Shown here one piece after another: positions 46,501 through 58,500 of a stretch of DNA of 64,000 nucleotides. Source of the DNA: the human T2T-CHM13v2.0 reference genome, Homo sapiens. The notes beneath the pieces are model-generated. The model was given only the letters and a program-made list of their open reading frames with translations, had not been told where the DNA came from and did not search any database. The DNA lies in the NCBI RefSeq assembly GCF_009914755.1, contig NC_060926.1; one strand, 5' to 3'. The stretch's first letter is position 1. Every line of letters begins with the position of its first letter. The position numbers and the translations under genes were made by a program.

Positions 46501-49500
46501 GTTTTGCTGGCTTGGCTGCCGGGCTGGCTTAGCTGGCCTGCCTGGCTTTGCTTGCTGCCTGGCTTGGCTGGCTTGGCTGCCTGGCTGGCTTGGCTGGCAT
46601 GCCTGTCTTGGCTGGCTGGCGGGCTTGACTGGCTTGGCTGGCTTGGCTGCCTGGCTGGCTTGGCTGGCTTGGCTAGCTGGCTGGCTGGCTGGCGGGCCTG
46701 GCTGGCTAGGTGGCTTGGCTGGCTTGGCTGGCTGGGTGGCTTGGCTGGCTTGGCTGGCTGGGAGGCTTGGCTGGCTTGGCTGTCTGGGAGGCTTGGCTGG
46801 CTGGGTGGCTGGCTGGCTTGGCTGGCTTGGCTGGCTTGGCTGGCTTGGGTGGCTGGCTGCCTGGCTGGCTGATTGGCTTGGCTGGCTTGGCTGGCTGGGT
46901 GGCTTGGCTGGCTGGGTGGCTTGGCTGGTTTGGCTAGCTGGCTGGCTGGGTACCTTGGCTAGCTGGCTGGCTTGGCTGGTTGGCTGGCTTGGCTGGCTTG
47001 GCTAGCCGGCTGGCTTAGTTGGCTGGATGGCTTGGCTGGCATGCCTGGCTTGGCTGGCTTGCTGGCTTGGATGGCTTGGCTGCCTGGCTGGCTTGGCTGA
47101 CATGCCTGGCTTTGCTTGCTGGCTGGCTTGGCTGGCTTGGCTGCCTGGCTGGCTTGGCTAGCATGCCTGTCTTGGCTGGTTGGCGGGCTTGGCTGGCTTG
47201 GCTGGCTGGCTGGCTTGGCTGTCTGGGCTGGCTGACTGGCTTGGCTGGCTTGGATGGTCGGGTGACTTGGCTGGCTTGAGTGGCTGAGTGGATTGCCTAG
47301 CTTGGCTGGCCGGCTGGCTTGGCAGGCTGGCTGGCTTGGCTGGCTTGGCTCGCTGGCTGGCTGGCTGGCGGGCCTGGCTGGCTAGGTGGCTTGGCTGGCT
47401 TGGCTGGCTGGGTGGCTTGGCTGGTTTTGCTGGCTGGGAGGCTTGGCTGTCTTGGCTGGCTGGCTGGCTGACTGACTTGGCTGGCTTGGCTGGCTTGGCT
47501 GGCTTGGCTGACTGGCTTGGATGGCCGGGTGGCTTGTCTGGCTTGGCTGGCCAGCTGGCTTAGCCGGCTGGATGGCTTGGCTGGCATGCCTGGCTTGGCT
47601 GGCTGGCTGGTTTTGCTGGCTTGGCTGCCTAGCTGGCTTGGCTGGCCTGCCTGGCTTTGCTTGCTGCCTGGCTTGGCTGGCTTGGCTGCCTGGCTGGCTT
47701 GGCTGGCATGCCTGTCTTGGCTGCCGGGCGGGCTTGACTGGCTTGGCTGGCTTGGCTGCCTGGCTGGCTTGGCTGGCTTGGCTAGCTGGCTGGCTGGCTG
47801 GCGGGCCTGGCTGGCTAGGTGGCTTGGCTGGCTTGGCTGGCTGGGAGGCTTGGCTGGCTTGGCTGGCTGGGTGGCTTGGCTGGCTTGGCTGGCTGGGTGG
47901 CTGGCTGGCTTGGCTGGTTTGGCTGGCTTGGCTGGCTTGGGTGGCTGGCTGCCTGGCTGGCTGATTGGCTTGTCTGGCTTGGCTGGCTGGGTGGCTTGGC
48001 TGGCTGGGTGGCTTGGCTGGCTTGGCTAGCTGGCTGGCTGGGTAGCTTGGCTAGCTGGCTGGCTTGGCTGGTTGGCTGGCTTGGCTGGCTTGGCTAGCCG
48101 GCTGGCTTAGTTGGCTGGATGGCTTGGCTGGCATGCCTGGCTTGGCTGGCTGGCTGGCTTGGCTGGCTTGGCTGCCTGGCTGGCTTGGCTGACATGCCTG
48201 GCTTTGCTTGCTGGCTGGCTTGGCTGGCTTGGCTGCCTGGCTGGCTTGGCTAGCATGCCTGTCTTGGCTGGTTGGCGGGCTTGGCTGGCTTGGCTGGCTT
48301 GGCTGGCTTGGCTGTCTGGGCTGGCTGATTGGCTTGGCTGGCTTGGATGGTCGGGTGACTTGGCTGGCTTGAGTGGCTGAGTGGATTGCCTAGCTTGGCT
48401 GGCCGGCTGGCTTGGCAGGCTGGCTGGCTTGGCTGGCTTGGCTCGCTGGCTGGCTGGCTGGCTGGCTGGCGGGCCTGGCTGGCTAGGTGGCTTGGCTGGC
48501 TTGGCTGGCTGGGTGGCTTGGCTGGTTTTGCTGGCTGTGAGGCTTGGCTGGCTTGGCTGGCTGGCTGGCTGACTGACTTGGCTGGCTTGGCTGGCTTGGC
48601 TGGCTGGCTTGGATGGCCGGGTGGCTTGTCTGGTTTGGCTGGCCAGCTGGCTTAGCCGGCTGGATGGCTTGGCTGGCATGCCTGGCTTGGCTGGCTGGCT
48701 GGTTTTGCTGGCTTGGCTGCCTGGCTGGCTTGGCTGGCCTGCCTGGCTTTGCTTGCTGCCTGGCTTGGCTGGCTTGGCTGCCTGGCTGGCTTGGCTGGCA
48801 TGCCTGTCTTGGCTGGCTGGCGGGCTTGACTGGCTTGGCTGGCTTGGCTGCCTGGCTGGCTTGGCTGGCTTGGCTACCTGGCTGGCTGGCTGACTGGCGG
48901 GCCTGGCTGGCTAGGTGGCTTGGCTGGCTTGGCTGGCTGGGTGGCTTGGCTGGCTTGGCTGGCAGGGAGGCTTGGCTGGCTTGGCTGTCTGGGAGGCTTG
49001 GCTGGCTGGGTGGCTGGCTGGCTTGGCTGGCTTGGCTGGCTTGGCTGGCTTGGGTGGCTGGCTGCCTGGCTGGCTGATTGGCTTGGCTGGCTTGGCTGGC
49101 TGGGTGGCTTGGCTGGCTGGGTGGCTTGGCTGGTTTGGCTAGCTGGCTGGCTGGGTAGCTTGGCTAGCTGGCTGGCTTGGCTGGTTGGCTGGCTTGGCTG
49201 GCTTGGCTAGCCGGCTGGCTTAGTTGGCTGGATGGCTTGGCTGGCATGTCTGGCTTGGCTGGCTGGCTGGCTTGGCTGGCTTGGCTGCCTGGCTGGCTTG
49301 GCTAGCATGCCTGTCTTGGCTGGTTGGCGGGCTTGGCTGGCTTGGCTGCCTTGGCTGGCTTGGCTGTCTGGGCTGGCTGACTGGCTTGGCTGGCTTGGAT
49401 GGTCGGGTGACTTGGCTGGCTTGAGTGGCTGAGTGGATTGCCTAGCTTGGCTGGCCGGCTGGCTTGGCAGGCTGGCTGGCTTGGCTGGCTTGGCTCGCTG

Positions 49501-52500
49501 GCTGGCTGGCTGGCTGGCTGGCGGGCCTGGCTGGCTAGGTGGCTTGGCTGGCTTGGCTGGCTGGGTGGCTTGGCTGGTTTTGCTGGCTGTGAGGCTTGGC
49601 TGGCTTGGCTGGCTGGCTGGCTGACTGACTTGGCTGGCTTGGCTGGCTTGGCTGGCTGGCTTGGATGGCCGGGTGGCTTGTCTGGCTAGGCTGGCCAGCT
49701 GGCTTAGCCGGCTGGATGGCTTGGCTGGCATGCCTGGCTTGGCTGGCTGGCTGGTTTTGCTGGCTTGGCTGCCGGGCTGGCTTAGCTGGCCTGCCTGGCT
49801 TTGCTTGCTGCCTGGCTTGGCTGGCTTGGCTGCCTGGCTGGCTTGGCTGGCATGCCTGTCTTGGCTGGCTGGCGGGCTTGACTGGCTTGGCTGGCTTGGC
49901 TGCCTGGCTGGCTTGGCTGGCTTGGCTAGCTGGCTGGCTGGCTGGCGGGCCTGGCTGGCTAGGTGGCTTGGCTGGCTTGGCTGGCTGGGTGGCTTGGCTG
50001 GCTTGGCTGGCTGGGAGGCTTGGCTGGCTTGGCTGTCTGGGAGGCTTGGCTGGCTGGGTGGCTGGCTGGCTTGGCTGGCTTGGCTGGCTTGGCTGGCTTG
50101 GGTGGCTGGCTGCCTGGCTGGCTGATTGGCTTGGCTGGCTTGGCTGGCTGGGTGGCTTGGCTGGCTGGGTGGCTTGGCTGGTTTGGCTAGCTGGCTGGCT
50201 GGGTAGCTTGGCTAGCTGGCTGGCTTGGCTGGTTGGCTGCCTTGGCTGGCTTGGCTAGCCGGCTGGCTTAGTTGGCTGGATGGCTTGGCTGGCATGCCTG
50301 GCTTGGCTGGCTGGCTGGCTTGGCTGGCTTGGCTGCCTGGCTGGCTTGGCTGACATGCCTGGCTTTGCTTGCTGGCTGGCTTGGCTGGCTTGGCTGCCTG
50401 GCTGGCTTGGCTAGCATGCCTGTCTTGGCTGGTTGGCGGGCTTGGCTGGCTTGGCTGGCTTGGCTGGCTTGGCTGTCTGGGCTGGCTGACTGGCTTGGCT
50501 GGCTTGGATGGTCGGGTGACTTGGCTGGCTTGAGTGGCTGAGTGGATTGCCTAGCTTGGCTGGCCGGCTGGCTTGGCAGGCTGGCTGGCTTGGCTGGCTT
50601 GGCTCGCTGGCTGGCTGGCTGGCGGGCCTGGCTGGCTAGGTGGCTTGGCTGGCTTGGCTGGCTGGGTGGCTTGGCTGGTTTTGCTGGCTGGGAGGCTTGG
50701 CTGTCTTGGCTGGCTGGCTGGCTGACTGACTTGGCTGGCTTGGCTGGCTTGGCTGGCTTGGCTGGCTGGCTTGGATGGCCGGGTGGCTTGTCTGGCTTGG
50801 CTGGCCAGCTGGCTTAGCCGGCTGGATGGCTTGGCTGGCATGCCTGGCTTGGCTGGCTGGCTGGTTTTGCTGGCTTGGCTGCCTAGCTGGCTTGGCTGGC
50901 CTGCCTGGCTTTGCTTGCTGCCTGGCTTGGCTGGCTTGGCTGCCTGGCTGGCTTGGCTGGCATGCCTGTCTTGGCTGGCGGGCGGGCTTGACTGGCTTGG
51001 CTGGCTTGGCTGCCTGGCTGGCTTGGCTGGCTTGGCTAGCTGGCTGGCTGGCTGGCGGGCCTGGCTGGCTAGGTGGCTTGGCTGGCTTGGCTGGCTGGGT
51101 GGCTTGGCTGGTTTTGCTGGCTGGGAGGCTTGGCTGGCTTGGCTGGCTGGCTGGTTGACTGACTTGGCTGGCTTGGCTGGCTTGGCTGGCTGGCTTGGAT
51201 GGCCGGGTGGCTTGTCTGGCTTGGCTGGCCAGCTGGCTTAGCCGGCTGGATGGCTTGGCTGGCATGCCTGGCTTGGCTGGGTGGCTGGTTTTGCTGGCTT
51301 GGCTGCCTGGCTGGCTTGGCTGGCCTGCCTGGCTTTGCTTGCTGCCTGGTTTGGCTGGCTTGGCTGCCTGGCTGGCTTGGCTGGCATGCCTGTCTTGGCT
51401 GGCTGGCGGGCTTGACTGGCTTGGCTGGCTTGGCTGCCTGGCTGGCTTGGCTGGCTTGGCTAGCTGGCTGGCTGGCTGGCGGGCCTGGCTGGCTAGGTGG
51501 CTTGGCTGGCTTGGCTGGCTGGGAGGATTGGCTGGCTTGGCTGGCTGGGAGGCTTGGCTGGCTTGGCTGGCTGGGTGGCTTGGCTGGCTTGGCTGGCTGG
51601 GAGGCTTCGCTGGCTTGGCTGTCTGGGAGGCTTGGCTGGCTGGGTGGCTGGCTGGCTTGGCTGGCTTGGCTGGCTTGGTTGGCTTGGGTGGCTGGCTGCC
51701 TGGCTGGCTGATTGGCTTGGCTGGCTTGGCTGGCTGGGTGTCTTGGCTGGCTGGGTGGCTTGGCTGGTTTGGCTAGCTTGCTGGCTGGGTAGCTTGGCTA
51801 GCTGGCTGGCTTGGCTGGTTGGCTGGCTTGGCTGGCTTGGCTAGCCGGCTGGCTTAGTTGGCTGGATGGCTTGGCTGGCATGCCTGGCTTGGCTGGCTGG
51901 CTGGCTTGGCTGGCTTGGCTGCCTGGCTGGCTTGGCTGACATGCCTGGCTTTGCTTGCTGGCTGGCTTGGCTGGCTTGGCTGCCTGGCTGGCTTGGCTAG
52001 CATGCCTGTCTTGGCTGGTTGGCGGGCTTGACTGGCTTGGCTGGCTTGGCTGGCTTGGCTGTCTGGGCTGGCTGACTGGCTTGGCTGGCTTGGACGGTCG
52101 GGTGACTTGGCTGGCTTGAGTGGCTGAGTGGATTGCCTAGCTTGGCTGGCCGGCTGGCTTGGCAGGCTGGCTGGCTTGGCTGGCTTGGCTCGCTGGCTGG
52201 CTGGCTGGCGGGCCTGGCTGGCTAGGTGGCTTGGCTGGCTTGGCTGGCTGGGTGGCTTGGCTGGTTTTGCTGGCTGGGAGGCTTGTCTGTCTTGGCTGGC
52301 TGGCTGGCTGACTGACTTGGCTGGCTTGGCTGGCTTGGCTGGTTTGGCTGGCTGGCTTGGATGGCCGGGTGGCTTGTCTGGCTTGGCTGGCCAGCTGGCT
52401 TAGCCGGCTGGATGGCTTGGCTGGCATGCCTGGCTTGGCTGGCTGGCTGGTTTTTCTGGCTTGGCTGTCTAGCTGGCTTGGCTGGCCTGCCTGGCTTTGC

Positions 52501-55500
52501 TTGCTGCCTGGCTTGGCTGGCTTGGCTGCCTGGCTAGCTTGGCTGGCATGCCTGTCTTGGCTGGCTGGCGGGCTTGACTGGCTTGGCTGGCTTGGCTGCC
52601 TGGCTGGCTTGGCTGGCTTGGCTAGCTGGCTGGATGGCTGGCGGTCCTGGCTGGCTAGGTGGCTTGGCTGGCTTGGCTGGCTGGGAGGCTTGGCTGGCTT
52701 GGCTGGCTGGGAGGCTTGGCTGGCTTGGCTGGCTGGGTGGCTTGGCTGGCTTGGCTGGCTGGGAGGCTTGGCTGGCTTGGCTGGCTGGGTGGCTTGGCTG
52801 GCTGGGTGGCTTGGCTGGCTTGGCTAGCTGGCTGGCTGGGTAGCTTGGCTAGCTGGCTGGCTTGGCTGGTTGGCTGGCTTGGCTGGCTTGGCTAGCCGGC
52901 TGGCTTAGTTGGCTGGATGGCTTGGCTGGCATGCCTGGCTTGGCTGGCTGGCTGGCGTGGCTGGCTTGGCTGCCTGGCTGGCTTGGCTGACATGCCTGAT
53001 TTTGCTTGCTGGCTGGCTTGGCTGGCTTGGCTGCCTGGCTGGCTTGGCTGCCTGGCTGGCTTGGCTAGCATGCCTGTCTTGGCTGGTTGGCGGGCTTGGC
53101 TGGCTTGGCTGGCTTGGCTGGCTTGGCTGTCTGGGCTGGCTGACTGGCTTGGCTGGCTTGGATGGTCGGGTGACTTGGCTGGCTTGAGTGGCTGAGTGGT
53201 TTGCCTAGCTTGGCTGGCCGGCTGGCTTGGCAGGCTGGCTGGCTTGGCTGGCTTGGCTCGCTGGCTGGCTGGCTGGCGGGCCTGGCTGGCTAGGTGGCTT
53301 GGCTGGCTTGGCTGGCTGGGTGGCTTGGCTGGTTTTGCTGGCTGGGAGGCTTGGCTGGCTTGGCTGGCTGGCTGCTTGACTGACTTGGCCGGCTTGGCTG
53401 GCTTGGCTGGCTTGGCTGGCTGGCCGGGTGGCTTGTCTGGCTTGGCTGGCCAGCTGGCTTACCCGGCTGGATGGCTTGGCTGGCATGCCTGGCTTGGCTG
53501 GCTGGCTGGTTTTGCTGGCTTGGCTGCCTGGCTGGCTTGGCTGGCCTGCCTGGCTTTGCTTGCTGCCTGGCTTGGCTGGCTTGGCTGCCTGGCTGGCTTG
53601 GCTGGCATGCCTGTCTTGGCTGGCTGGCGGGCTTGACTGGCTTGGCTGGCTTGGCTGCCTGGCTGGCTTGGCTGGCTTGGCTAGCTGGCTGGCTGGGTAG
53701 CTTGGCTAGCTGGCTGGCTTGGCTGGTTGGCTGGCTTGGCTGGCTTGGCTAGCCGGCTGGCTTAGTTGGCTGGATGGCTTGGCTGGCATGCCTGGCTTGG
53801 CTGGCTGGCTGGCTTGGCTGGCTTGGCTGCCTGGCTGGCTTGGCTGACATGCCTGGCTTTGCTTGCTGGCTGGCTTGGCTGGCTTGGCTGCCTGGCTGGC
53901 TTGGCTAGCATGCCTGTCTTGGCTGGTTGGCGGGCTTGGCTGGCTTGGCTGGCTTGGCTGGCTTGGTTGTCTGGGCTGGCTGACTGGCTTGGCTGGCTTG
54001 GATGGTCGGGTGACTTGGCTGGCTTGAGTGGCTGAGTGGATTGCCTAGCTTGGCTGGCCGGCTGGCTTGGCAGGCTGGCTGGCTTGGCTGGCTTGGCTCG
54101 CTGGCTGGCTGGCTGGCGGGCCTGGCTGGCTAGGTGGCTTGGCTGGCTTGGCTGGCTGGGTGGCTTGGCTGGTTTTGCTGGCTGGGAGGCTTGGCTGGCT
54201 TGGCTGGCTGGCTGGCTGACTGACTTGGCTGGCTTGGCTGGCTTGGCTGGCTGGCTTGGATGGCCGGGTGGCTTCTCTGGCTTGGCTGGCCAGCTGGCTT
54301 AGCCGGCTGGATGGCTTGGCTGGCATGCCTGGCTTGGCTGGCTGGCTGGTTTTGCTGGCTTGGCTGCCTGGCTGGCTTGGCTGGCCTGCCTGGCTTTGCT
54401 TGCTGCCTGGCTTGGCTGGCTTGGCTGCCTGGCTGGCTTGGCTGGCATGCCTGTCTTGGCTGGCTGGCAGGCTTGACTGGCTTGGCTGGCTTGGCTGCCT
54501 GGCTGGCTTGGCTGGCTTGGCTAGCTGGCTGGCTGGCTGGCGGGCCTGGCTGGCTAGGTGGCTTGGCTGGCTTGGCTGACTGGGTGGCTTGGCTGGCTTG
54601 GCTGGCTGGGAGGCTTGGCTGGCTTGGCTGGCTGGGTGGCTTGGCTGGCTTGGCTGGCTGGGTGGCTGGCTGGCTTGGCTGGCTTGGCTGGCTTGGCTGG
54701 CTTGGGTGGCTGGCTGCCTGGCTGGCTGATTGTCTTGGCTGGCTTGGCTGGCTGGGTGGCTTGGCTGGTTTGGCTAGCTTGCTGGCTGGGTAGCTTGGCT
54801 AGCTGGCTGGCTTGGCTGGTTGGCTGGCTTGGCTGGCTTGGCTAGCCGGCTGGCTTAGTTGGCTGGATGGCTTGGCTGGCATGCCTGGCTTGGCTGGCTG
54901 GCTGGCTTGGCTGACATGCCTGATTTTGCTTGCTGGCTGGCTTGGCTAGCTGGCTGGCTGGCTGGCGGGCCTGGCTGGCTAGGTGGCTTGGCTGGCTTGG
55001 CTGGCTGGGTGGCTTGGCTGGCTTGGCTGGCTGGGTGGCTTGGCTGGCTTGGCTGGCTGGGAGGCTTGGCTGGCTGGCGGGCTTGACTGGCTTGGCTGGC
55101 TTGGCTGCCTGGCTGGCTTGGCTGGCTTCGCTAGCTGGCTGGCTGGCTGGCGGGCTTGGCTGGCTAGGTGGCTTGGCTGGCTTGGCTGGCTGGCAGGCTT
55201 GGCTGGCTTGGCTGGCTGGGAGGCTTGGCTGGCTTGGCTGGCTGGGTGGCTTGGCTGGCTTGGCTGGCTGGGAGGCTTGGCTGGCTTGGCTGGCTGGGTG
55301 GCTTGGCTGGCTTGGCTGGCTGGGTGGCTGGCTGGCTTGGCTGGCTTTGCTGCCTTGGCTGGCTTGGGTGGCTGACTGCCTGGCTGGCTTGGCTGGCTTG
55401 GCTAGCTGGCTGGCTGGCTGGCGGTCCTGGCTGGCTAGGTGGCTTGGCTGGCTTGGCTGGCTGGGTGGCTGGCTGGCTTGGCTGGCTTGGGTGGCTGGCT

Positions 55501-58500
55501 GCCTGGCTGGCTGTTTGGCTTGGCTGGCTTGGCTGGCTGGGTGGCTTGGCTGGTTTGGCTAGCTGGCTGGCTGGGTAGCTTGGCTAGCTGGCTGGCTTGG
55601 CTGGTTGGCTGGCTTGGCTGGCTTGGCTAGCCGGCTGGCTTAGTTGGCTGGATGGCTTGGCTGGCATGCCTGGCTTGGCTGGCTGGCTGGCTTGGCTGGC
55701 TTGGCTGCCTGGCTGGTTTGGCTGACATGCCTGGCTTTGCTTGCTGTCTGGCTTGGCTGGGTTGGCTGCCTGGCTGGCTTGGCTGGCTTGGCTAGCTGGC
55801 TGGCTGGCTAGCGGGCCTGGCTGGCTAGGTGGCTTGGCTGGCTTGGCTGGCTGGGTGGCTTGGCTGTCTTGGCTGGCTGGGAGGCTTGGCTGGCTTGGCT
55901 GGCTGGGAGGCTTGGCTGGCTGGGTGGCTGGCTGGCTTGGCTGGCTTGGCTGGCTTGGCTGGCTTGGGTGGCTGGCTGCCTGGCTGGCTGATGGGCTTGG
56001 CTGGCTTGGCTGGCTGGGTGGCTTGGCTGGCTGGGTGGCTTGGCTGGTTTGGCTAGCTGGCTGGCTGGGTAGCTTGGCTAGCCGGCTGGCTTGGCTGGTT
56101 GGCTGGCTTGGCTGGCTTGGCTAGCCGGCTGGCTTAGTTGGCTGGATGGCTTGGCTGGCATGCCTGGCTTGGCTGGCTGGCTGGCGTGGCTGGCTTGGCT
56201 GCCTGGCTGGCTTGGCTGACATGCCTGGCTTTGCTTGCTGGCTGGCTTGGCTGGCTTGGCTGCCTGCCTGGCTTGGCTGCCTGGCTGGCTTGGCTAGCAT
56301 GCCTGTCTTGGCTGGTTGGCGGGCTTGGCTGGCTTGGCTGGCTTGGCTGGCTTGGCTGTCTGGGCTGGCTGACTGGCTTGGCTGGCTTGGATGTTCGGGT
56401 GACTTGGCTGGCTTGAGTGGCTGAGAGGATTGCCTAGCTTGGCTGGCCGGCTGGCTTGGCAGGCTGGCTGGCTTGGCTGGCTTGGCTCGCTGGCTGGCTG
56501 GCTGGCTGGCTGGCGGGCCTGGCTGGCTAGGTGGCTTGGCTGGCTTGGCTGGCTGGGTGGCTTGGCTGGTTTTGCTGGCTGGGAGGCTTGGCTGGCTTGG
56601 CTGGCTGGCTGGCTGACTGACTTGGCTGGCTTGGCTGGCTTGGCTGGCTGGCTTGGATGGCCGGGTGGCTTGTCTGGCTTGGCTGGCCAGCTGGCTTAGC
56701 CGCCTGGATGGCTTGGCTGGCATGCCTGGCTTGGCTGGCTGGCTGGTTTTGCTGGCTTGGCTGCCTGGCTGGCTTGGCTGGCCTGCCTGGCTTTGCTTGC
56801 TGCCTGGCTTGGCTGGCTTGGCTGCCTGGCTGGCTTGGCTGGCATGCCTGTCTTGGCTGGCTGGCGGGCTTGACTGGCTTGGCTGGCTTGGCTGCCTGGC
56901 TGGCTTGGCTGGCTTGGCTAGCTGGCTGGCTGGCTGGCGGGCCTGGCTGGCTAGGTGGCTTGGCTGGCTTGGCTGGCTGGGTGGCTTGTCTGGCTTGGCT
57001 GGCTGTGAGGCTTGGCTGGCTTGGCTGGCTGGGAGGCTTCGCTGGCTGGGTGGCTGGCTGGCTTGGCTGGCTTGGCTGGCTTGGGTGGCTGGCTGCCTGG
57101 CTGGCTGATGGGCTTGGCTGGCTTGGCTGGCTGGGTGGCTTGGCTGGCTGGGTGGCTTGGCTGGTTTGGCTAGCTGGCTGGCTGGGTAGCTTGGCTAGCT
57201 GGCTGGCTTGGCTGGTTGGCTGGCTTGGCTGGCTTGGCTAGCCGGCTGGCTTAGTTGGCTGGATGGCTTGGCTGGCATGCCTGGCTTGGCTGGCGTGGCT
57301 GGCTTGGCTGCCTAGCTGGCTTGGCTGACATGCCTGGCTTTGCTTGCTGGCTGGCTTGGCTGGCTTGGCTGCCTGGCTGGCTTGGCTGTCTGGCTGGCTT
57401 GGCTAGCATGCCTGTCTTGGCTGGTTGGCGGGCTTGGCTGGCTTGGCTGGCTTGGCTGGCTTGGCTGTCTGGGCTGGCTGACTGGCTTGGCTGGCTTGGA
57501 TGGTCGGGTGACTTGGCTGGCTTGAGTGGCTCAGTGGATTGCCTAGCTTGGCTGGCCGGCTGGCTTGGCAGGCTGGCTGGCTTGGCTGGCTGGGTGGCTT
57601 GGCTGGTTTTGCTGGCTGGGAGGCTTGGCTGGCTTGGCTGGCTGGCTGGTTGACTGACTTGGCTGGCTTGGCTGGCTTGGCTGGCTTGGCTGGCTGGCTT
57701 GGATGGCCGGGTGGCTTGTCTGGCTTGGCTGGCCAGCTGGCTTAGCCGGCTGGATGGCTTGGCTGGCATGCCTGGCTTGGCTGGCTGGCTGGTTTTGCTG
57801 GCTTGGCTGCCTAGCTGGCTTGGCTGGCCTGCCTGGCTTTGCTTGCTGCCTGGCTTGGCTGGCTTGGCTGCCTGGCTGGCTTGGCTGGCATGCCTGTCTT
57901 GGCTGGCTGGCGGGCTTGACTGGCTTGGCTGGCTTGGCTGCCTGGCTGGCTTGGCTGGCTTGGCTAGCTGGCTGGCTGGCTGGCGGGCCTGGCTGGCTAG
58001 GTGGCTTGGCTGGCTTGGCTGGCTGGGTGGCTTGGCTTGCTTGGCTGGCTGGGAGGCTTGGCTGGCTTGGCTGGCTGGGAGGCTTGGCTGGCTGGGTGGC
58101 TGGCTGGCTTGCCTGGCTTTGCTGGCTTGGCTGGCTTGGGTGGCTGGCTGCCTGGCTGGCTGATGGGCTTGGCTGGCTTGGCTGGCTGGGTGGCTTGGCT
58201 GGTTTGGCTAGCTGGCTGGCTGGGTAGCTTGGCTAGCCGGCTGGCTTGGCTGGTTGGCTGGCTTGGCTGGCTTGGCTGGCTTGGCTGTCTGGGCTGGCTG
58301 ACTGGCTTGGCTGGCTTGGATGTTCGGGTGACTTGGCTGGCTTGAGTGGCTGAGTGGATTGCCTAGCTTGGCTGGCCGGCTGGCTTGGCAGGCTGTCTGG
58401 CTTGGCTGGCTTGGCTCGCTGGCTGGCTGGCTGGCTGGCTGGCGGGCCTGGCTGGCTAGGTGGCTTGGCTGGCTTGGCTGGCTGGGTGGCTTGGCTGGTT